Positions 1-9,700 of a DNA stretch of 28,898 nucleotides are shown in pieces. Both the position numbers and the translations under genes were made by a program. Positions within the stretch are counted from its first letter, which is position 1; each line of letters starts with the position of its first letter. The DNA comes from Elusimicrobiota bacterium (GTDB taxonomy: Bacteria; Elusimicrobiota; UBA8919), in assembly GCA_043816185.1 (NCBI GenBank), contig JBDRIG010000101.1, positions 1 through 28,898 of the forward strand. Reading direction: 5' to 3'. The notes under the pieces were generated by a model, which saw only the letters and a program-made list of their open reading frames with translations, was not told where the DNA came from and made no database searches.

Positions 1-2
1 AG

Positions 3-710
3 TATTATTTAGCATTATCGATAGTAGCAAAAGAATATACTCCGAATTTGAAAAATAAATATCCAGAACTCGATAGTTTTTTTGAGTATATACGACTAAA
101 TTACAGTATAAATCCAATATATTTAATATTAGAAGAGAAAGCACTTACAAGAAACATTCTTAAGCGATATACTGGCAAGCAGTTAGATAACGAAGTACTG
201 TTTTTATCAGAGATGGGCGAGCATCTGAGAAATTTCTTAGATTTGAAAATTACATACGATGAGTTTAGTTATTTTAGTTCAAATGTTAGCACATTTAAGG
301 TATTACTAAAAAAATATTTTGAAGATGTTGAGGTGGATGATGTAATAAAGTTCGTAGAAAATGAAGAGATATGTTCGTTTTACAAAGTGAATATAGAAAG
401 AGACAATATATTTTATGAAACATTAAGTAAGGAAATAAGTAAGGGAGTTCAGAGTTCAGAGTCCGGAGTTCAGGGTAGTGGTGGTAAGATAACTTTATCT
501 AATGTGTCAAACCCTCAACTTAACGCAGGCGATTACACAGATGTAATAAATAGACTTAAAGAATTTAACGAGATAGAAATAATAGTTACAGGTGGATTTC
601 ATTTCAACCTAACAGAGATGTTGAATAAAAAAGGCATTTCTTATCTCACTATAATTCCTAATGCAACAAAAAAATTTGATGAATCTATTTACGAAAAAAT
701 TATAACTGGT
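3..710 (+). other. C-terminal part of a ChaN/EreA/TraB(Tiki)-like domain, of the type seen near the N-terminus of giant proteins
   Basis: FYKVNIERDNIF (378-413) followed by IIVTGGFH...L...GISYLTIIP (582-659) matches the R-D/N...(hydrophobic)-G-x-x-H ending of this superfamily. The N-terminal catalytic motifs lie outside the window. Confidence 0.5.
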
Positions 711-3700
711 AAAACGGATTTAATAGATTTTATAACATCAGCATTTGCAGCAATGTTGATAAGTGTGGATGTGAATTCTGAATCGCAGCGTGGTTTGATT
801 TTAAGCATAGCAGCATTCTATATGCTGAAGAAAGGCTACTCCAGCGATAAGATCAAAAATATCATAGATGAATGGCGGGAAGTCAACAAAATAGAAGAAG
901 AACTCGTTGTTAATAAGGAAAAACATAGTGTAAAAATTGGAGATGAAGTTTATAAATTTGAAATAAAAGATGGTAAAATAGTGAATATAGTATTAGAAGG
1001 TAAAAGTAAGAGGTTAGAAGAGAAAAAGGTTTCGTTGTCCAATCGTATAGGGGTTAGTGCCTTTATAATCTCAGTTTTTGGTGGGATTGCAACGCTTGTA
1101 TTAAGTAGTCCACTTGGTTGGTTTGTTGGCGGTATATTCGCAGCATTACAAATTGCACAGATTTATTTTATAACCGAAGTGAGTCGAGAAATAGGACAAG
1201 AAGTTGGTTTGATTAATGAATTTGGTGAACTTCCACCACAACAAAAAGTGCGTACTAATAAATTTGTGCCTGCAAAAACAATAGGTGGAGAAATACATAT
1301 TAATTCTGTATTGATGTCCCGCCTACCAGAATGGCTGCAAAGAGTGTATTGGAAACATGAAAATAGACATCTCCAATTTGCTAAAAGCAAATTTGCCCAA
1401 AAACGTCCATTAGCATATAAAATATTTTCCTACGAATTCCTGCCAGATTTATCTATTGAAGAAATTTGTGTCTCATTATTGGAAGTAATTTTTTTAATCA
1501 GAACTACTGATAGTAAATATTGGCCATTGGTTGCTGAAAAATTGGTTGCTGAAAAGTCTGTTGTCGAAAAACGAGCTGCCGAGAAATCGATTGTCAAAGA
1601 GCAAGTTGTCAGAGTATTAAAAACGCTTGGCACAGCACTACGTTCTCCTGTTTTACTTGGTTTGGTTTTGTTATGGGCAATCGCCGCTCAAACGGAATCT
1701 GTTTTGTTAGGTGCTGGTGTTTTTTCAGATAGCATTATTGGCGGCTTGGCTATCGGTATGACTTCATTGTCTGCGGGTAAAACTAAAATTTCAAAAAAGG
1801 AAGCGCAGAAAATTTTAGCAGAATTTGTTCCGAATGATGAAGGTTTTAAATGGCTAAGAAAACCCAATATTGATAAAGAAGAAACAGTATCTGTTACAAA
1901 TAGTAAACCTGGTTTATCGGGATTTTTGAATGAAATCAGTGAACTTTGTCTTAAGGGAGATGAGGGAATTTGGAGTTTACTTTACCATTCAGGACGCGGT
2001 GATATATTAAACTATTTAGTAGACTATTTAGATTTTCTCTCAAAAAAACACCCATATTTTAAAGAATTCAACGATGCTATCAACAATCTTAAAACTGCCG
2101 CAGCGGCGACTGACAACCTGCACGAAAAAGTTGTTTTAAATATAGAAGCAATTTTACTCGCAAATAATCTTGTTAACCGTCTCAACCCTACCGATAAGAG
2201 TGCTAAAGCGAAATTACCGCAATTAGGTGAAGTTAGAATACACAGTCCGCCCGAAAAATTAAGTTTTGGTTATAGAAAAGAGCAATTTAGAAAATTTTAC
2301 GAAAATAAGGATGATAAAGATTATGCAGCATCCGTGGCGGAAACTTTATTTTATTACGGAGGAGATAGCAATGTAATAGATGCTGCCTTACTCCACAAAT
2401 TATCCAAGGAAAAAATTGACGCTGCTTTTGAAGAAGTTGGATTGTCGAGCAAAGACAGAAAAGAAATTTTAGAACTCATCGCCATCTTAGATAGAACCAT
2501 TCAGATTCCATATGGACCTTCCAGAGGTGCTCCGTCAAACACAATTGAAAATCAAATGCTACTTATTTTCCAATCTGTGAAATCCTCGAATGGGTTTCTT
2601 TTAGTAGTGGCGGAGCGATTGTATGCACTTAAAACCGCAGAGAAGGATGATTGCGATGATATTGAAAGTTCTATCCAATTGCAGATTCGGCATATTTATG
2701 GTCCCATAGCAGAAATGCTTGATTTAAAAAATATTTCCAAAGAATTATGGAATCTTTCTTTAGAAAAATTAATTGGAAAAGAAATTTTAGATGAAATAGC
2801 AAAGAGAATTATAGGTGTTTACAATGATAAGGCAATTGAAGAGCAGGTAAGAGATTGGTTAAAAAATAATAACATTTCAAAAGCAGATATTTATGTCCGA
2901 TTAAAAGAACCTTCCAGTATAATAACTAAAATTACCAAAAAGAATATAGCTGAAATAGCAAATGAATTTATCATCAATGATCTTGTTAGTGTGACAATTG
3001 TTTTACCTAATACTGAGGAAGTAGGAAAAGTACGGAAATCAATAGAAGACGACGAAACCATAGGTATACCCGGCAAAAAATTTGTTGAAACTAAACCAAC
3101 AGTCTTGGATTTTACACAGTTTCATTATGAATGTAAAGGAATAGAAGTTAGATTAATGACCAAAGGAGATTATGATAAATATCTGCATGGAAATTATGCT
3201 CACTGGAAATATAAATTATCAAGGGATTTGAGTGCTACAAGACGATTCAAGAATCCTCAAGAGTTTGGTGGTTTTTTGATAGAACTGGGAAAAAACTTTA
3301 AAGAAAATTTTGATAAAGTATACGAATCTGTAAAAGATAAACCAGTTGTTATTAAATATTTAGAAGATGAAACGTTCTTTCCGATTATTGAATTGGAGCA
3401 ATCGCAAGAAGACCAAGGAGACGAATATGATGTTTTTAAACCTGCACAATTTGAAAGATTGAATGAAAAGATTAAAGAATTAAGAAAGAAACAAAAAGTA
3501 GATGTGGAAACTTATTATGATGCTAAAAATGGAAATAGTACGATGTCTATTGAGATTAGTATAAAAAATGATATTCCAGGCTATCTACTTAAAATCTTAA
3601 ACGTGATATTACCGGTAGAACATCTTTTGTCGTATCGTATGTTTATGTCAAAAACAAAAGGAACGGCTGAGATAAGAATTACTATTCCTCATGATATAAA

Positions 3701-6700
3701 AGATGAAGATAAGCGTGCTAAAATAATAAAAGAACTTGAGGAAATTACAGCAAGTAAAGAACAAACAATATATGCTAAAGAATTGATAAAAGAAACAATA
3801 AAAATAGAGGTTATTGCTGATAAGCTCGATAATGTTCGCAATATTTTAGAGGGAATTGCTGGTATAGACAAGCGAATTAATATCAATCATATTGAGGTTG
3901 GAGAATCCGAAAAGGTTGCAATCAATAGCTTCTGGTATATTATTAAAACTGCTGCCACTATTGCGAGAAATGCATTCGGAATTACTCCAGGAATTTCCAA
4001 GAGCGAGAAAATAAGTTTTACATTTGATTTAGGCCTACCAGAAGGAGTAGATTTTGAGACAATTAAAACATCGTTAGAAGAAATTGCTGTAATTTCTGAG
4101 GTTAAGAATTTATCTAAAAAAGAAGAACAAGTACAAAATCCTATTGTTGCAGGAATATTGCCACTCTTAGTAGTTTTCAAAGAATTTCAAAATATATCAG
4201 CAACACTTGCAGGGAAAATACGGCGTTTGTTTGAAGAAGCAACGAATGTTACATCTGAAAAATCATATTACAAAAATTATGCAGATATTTTAAAAGAAAT
4301 TGCTGGTTCTAATGGCATTTTCGTGATATCAGATGCCATAATAATAGAGACAAAGGAGAATCTCAAAGATATATACCCACTTATAACATTGGACGGAAAA
4401 GGAGTTTTAAAAATTGTTAATCTATTCGCAGATTTCATACATAATAATGGCCCACCGCAAAAGTTTGTTGAAATGTCTGATGGAAACGAAAAAGAAGCAC
4501 TTAGAAAATTATTTGGAGCAATACTAAATCATGAACAAATAGAATCGTTTGCCTTAGGTATCATTGATGGTGGTACTAAAAACAAAAGTTTATATGATGC
4601 CTATTCAAAATATCTGGAAGAAATCTCCGAAATTAAGGACAGAAACCACGTAACATTCCATAAATTTCTTGAATATCTTGTCAAATCAGAAAAAAACGAC
4701 GATCAAAACCTCGCAAAGTTAATTAATGCTTCCGACCAGATTATTCTTTTGGAATATGCTGCTGACTTCCTTTGTGAAAAATCAGTAGGTGATATTAGAT
4801 ACAGACTACCAAATGGACAAATTTTACAAATTGGTGCATTAAAAGGTTATGACAAAGTACATAAAAAATTAGGAGTAAAAGCAGCGGATGTTCTTGTAGT
4901 TCAAGATGAGCTCGTTTCATCGTCTAATGAAAATTTATTTCCAGTAATTATGAATATGATATTCGACTACGTGTTTGATATTTATGCTGGCCGCATGTTT
5001 GGGCCTGTATCAGAAACTGACAAACGACCCTGCTTTGTTGTGTTTAATGAAACAGGCGAATGGCCACAAGGAGGTCCACGACTAACACTCGTTGTAACAC
5101 AAAAACAAAAAGAAAAATTAGAAAAGATGATTGCTAATGCCTTTTTGGGACCTGAAAGTGAAAGACCGGAAAAAACATTTTTTAATGTTAACCATATTGT
5201 GAAATTTATTGTAGAAAAAGAAGGTGTTGCTGATTTAGGTAATGATGTAAAATTAAAAGTAGAAAGACAGGAAGATAAAAAAGTTATCTGCAACGTTGAG
5301 GTTAAAGGTGAAACTAAGAAAAAATTGGACTTCGAGAATGCTGTTAAATTTGATTTAGAACTTGGCATAAAACTTGAAAAACCAATAGTTCCACCTGCTT
5401 CAGGAATGGTTGCAGTAACTGTCGGTGCTGGCTCTTTTGGTTCAGAACTTGGAACTATTTTAAATACTTCTCTTCTTGTAATTATAAGAAACAAAGATGG
5501 TTCCTTGACAAGGATTGCTGTTGATCCGCATGGATACTTTGATAAAGTTTTAGAGGAAATGGGTTTATCAACAGATATTGATTATATTATAAATACCCAT
5601 ACACATCCTGATCATTTTGAAGGAACGCTAGAGCAGTCTGCGACCAAAGGTGCTAAACTTATAGCAGCAGGATCTGACCTCAATGGAAAGCGTGATGTAA
5701 AAGAATGTATAAATAATGAAATCGACATACTGTCAAAATTGACAAAACGTAGTATAAAAGATCATTTGCGATTTCTGGAAGGCAAAAAAAATACTGAAAC
5801 TGGGGTTTGGGATTACGAATTGCCTAATGGGACACATATAAAGTTTATGCACGTTGTGCATAGTATTCCTACAGCAGCAATAAGAATAGAGACACCAAAA
5901 GAATTAGGCGGCGGGACATTGATTCATGCACCCGATTTTAAGGAAGCAGAAAAAGATAAAAAATTAATGGAGTTTTTATTTGGTGATGGAGAAAATATTC
6001 CAGATTCAATTTTTATTGATGGAAAAGTAGGCGACCTTGTTCACCAGGACTTAGAAGTACTAATTAAAGAAATTTATTCAAAATATGGTGAAGAAGTTGC
6101 GAAGAAAATATTATCTAAGACGCGACTAATACATTATAGGAATGAAGAAGGACTAAAAAAATATGCAGAGAAAAACAATCTAACTTTGCCGAGTCCGCTA
6201 AAAATTGGTGAAGTTGTTGATGTAGGTGAGGTGGTTCATACTGGCGATGATACAGTTTCAATATTAAAAAGATCAGGTGGGGAAAAAGACGCAGAGCTTA
6301 AGGTAAAAACGAAAGAATTATCGGCATTAACCACAGATGAATTAGTGGATAATTTAAAAGAGAGTATGCCTCCATGTGACGAGACAACTGGTAATTGGGT
6401 TGAATTCAATGAAATAGTAAAGATACTAAAAGACAGAGGGGTACCCATAATGATTGTCGGTACACCTTCTGCAAGAGAAAAATTCGAAGACGCAAATGTG
6501 AATGTAGATGTAGATTATTATCTTCCTAAATACGCATATAAAAATTTTTATAGTTTTCACAATATTGTTTTAGAGATGCTAACTTCGTCAAACAAAATTT
6601 GGGTTGATTCCAAAGAGACAAAAGATTTTCTGCGTTATGCGTTAGAAAATGTTGTTCAGCATGTTGGTGGTGGTATTGTTGCGGTTATAGGGCAAGAACA

Positions 6701-9700
6701 AATTATTGAAAGTGGATATAAATATAAGAAGATTTCCGTTATTGATAATGGTAAAGGGTTTACTTACAAAGAGAGTGGCAAAGAAGTACCGATTAAAGAA
6801 GCAATTAGGCCTAGCACACATCCTGGTGGGCCAGATGGCAAAGGGCTTGGTCTTACCTGTGCGATGGTACCCAACTTAACTGTTGTTAAAACACAGCATG
6901 AAATGGCAATTATAACGCGAATTATGGGCGAAGATGGGTCTTTTTCAATGGTACCCACGGTAGTAAAAAATGTATATTTAGAGCGAAAACAAAAAGGTAC
7001 GGAAATTGTCGGATATTTTTCCAAGCTTGTTGATCTCAAGGAAGAAGAAGCAGCGAAAAAAGAATTATTTTTAGAACTTGAAAAAGAACTTGAAAAAATT
7101 GAATCTGTGGGTGGGGAAAAAGTTTTAGATTTACCAAAATCCGAAAAATCCGAAAAATCTGAAGACAAAAAAGGTAAAAAAATAACAGGTATAATACTTG
7201 CGGCATTAACCACAGTTGGTGCGACATTGATGTCGATGATGTCAGCTGGGACTGTGATGGCGGCGGATGTGGTTACTCGCGGTGCGCAGGTTATAGGGAT
7301 AGTTGAGAAAGGTGATTCGTTGTGGAGTATCGCAAAAGAACGTTTGATAGAGCAGGGCGGAAATCCGACAAATCATCAAATTTGGGATTTTGTTCAAAAC
7401 ATTATTTCACGGAACCCTCAAATTGCTAAGAATCCTAACTCGATTAATATTGGAGCTGAACTTGATTTAGACACAGTTCAACAAGCGGCACGACAAGTTG
7501 TTGAAGTGGGGCAAGATGTTTCAGGAGCGGCACAACGGGCTGTTGAAGTGGGGCAACAGATTCCAGGAGTAGGGCAACAAGCAGTAGAAACGGTTTTGCA
7601 GACTGTTGAACAGGTTTCGCAAACAATTCAAGAACCGTCGTTTGTTCAAAACATTATTTCAACAGTATATTCATATATCGACAGTATATCTTCGTCAATA
7701 CAATATCTTATTAACACAGGAGATATTTGGTATGTAGTGGGGACATTTGTAACAATAGTAGTAGCATTTTTTGGCTGGAAAGCATACAAAAAATATAAGC
7801 AACGCAGGACGGAAAGTCGGGAGATGGAAAAAAAGGTCGGGGGAGAAGTAAAAGAAGAAACTAAAGCGGAAATCAAAGAAAAAGTCGAAGAGAAAAAACA
7901 AGAGATTGAAGAGAAAAAGCAAGAAATTGAAGAGAAAGATAAAATCGAAGTATCTTCGCAAGAACCTCAGAAACAGTCAAAGAAGACCAATACGACTACT
8001 AAAATTATTATTGGTGCTATTATTGGTATTTCGATAGCAGTACTTTTATATTTTACTTTGCCTGAAATAGTTTCTGTTATAAAATCAGCAGTAAACACCA
8101 TTACATCATTTACACCATTCGTAAATGTATCGGTATCAGGTAGTGGTAGCATCTTGCTTGAGATAGGTAGCAATCTTGTCACCACACTATCAGGTTATAT
8201 GCCAACAGTGTTAAAACTTACAGGGTTCACAATAGTTGGCAGGTCAATGTACTATATTTATGATAGGAAACAGATAGAAAAACAATTTGGTTCCGATAAA
8301 GATGTTCCTAAGATAGGTACAGTTGGCGTGTTGTTAAAACTGTTTGGATTCGGGAAATTAGATAAAGATTTAGTTGTTAAACGCCTGGCAAAGCAGTCAG
8401 GTTGGAATGACGAAAAGATAAATGAAACAAAAGAAAATATAAAACGAATAGTGAAGAAAAAACAAAAAGAATCTTCAAGTATTAAAAATGAGAAAGTTCG
8501 AGACATTGCCCTGATTTTAGAGATAGACGAGAATCTCAAAAGATTTGGATTGAGATTTAATGAAGAAGAAATAAAGGTTTTAATAACAAACGCAGAAGAC
8601 GAAATCATTAACGCAAGATTAACCGAGGAGTTAAAAAAACAACACGGTAGATTAACAGAAGAAGAAATTAAAGAAATGACAGGCGGTGTCGAATTGAATC
8701 TATGGTCATGGTTGAAAGTTTTTATTGCTATGAAAAAGCAGCAACTTGACACGCGCGTTAAAATGCGTAAAGCAGCCCGTGAAAAAAGACATGAGGCAGT
8801 AAGAAGCGTTCAGTGGCTCTGGTATTTACTATACGATTTTGGTATTTATGCAATAGACAATGTTGTAGACTTTAAGTTATTTGAAAGAACAAATTTTTTA
8901 GGTAAAAATGCTTACAAAGAAGCATTAAAGTCAGCAATTAAAGGCGAGATAAAATCTCGGAGTAGATATTTTAGTTCCGTTAGGGATATCATTTATGTAT
9001 TAGGATCGACACTGTGGAATTCGTATTTGTTTATTGTGCCTAATGCGGGGATAACATTTATTCGTCAGAGATGGTCATTGGTTGTTCAATCTGAAATAGC
9101 AAGACGTGTTTTTGAGGCAGTAATTACAAAATCTGTTGGCGTAGGGGCTGCCGGTAAAATATTAGGATTTAGTTTTATAGGTAGTCCGTTAGGGATTGCT
9201 CTATTTGTTTCTATTTTTTCTGTGCTATACTTTATTCATACAAGACATGCAAAAGCAGAAATAGACGAGAGTGTAAAAAAAGGTGAAAAGATTACCCCTT
9301 ATATGAAGAAGTATTCAAGATATGTGGTTATGGCAATATTTTTGATTACTATTACACTGTTTTTCCTTCCTACAAATCTATTAGCAGATGTAGTGTCATC
9401 TCCGGTAGCGTCAGATGGAGTTAAGCAGTTTTTTACTATAATCAGTTTAGGTGGATGTTTATCGCTTGGGTTTTTAAGAACATTTTCGCGTTCCTATCGT
9501 GACCATAAATTAAACATAATGTCCAATAGTAGTGAATTTAATCCTACATTGTCTAAAACATATCAGGGAAAAGAAAAACAGGGAGAAGAAAAACAGGGAA
9601 AAGAAAAAAAACCAAAATTGGAGCAGTTATCGTTCAATAAGATACTTGAATTTTTAAACGAAGATAATAAGAAATCATTTTCACAAGAACAAAAGATAGA

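Noticed and set aside
2310..3215. Assigning the gene symbol relA/spoT (or opgH/ndvB for the GT)
   Set aside because: These are divergent domains embedded in a giant protein, not the housekeeping orthologues.
9275..9305. Independent gene start at ATG 9303 (MKKYSR...)
   Set aside because: There is no upstream in-frame stop, and the SD-like aaggtga is about 16 nt away, too far for a convincing RBS. It is kept only as a signal-like segment.
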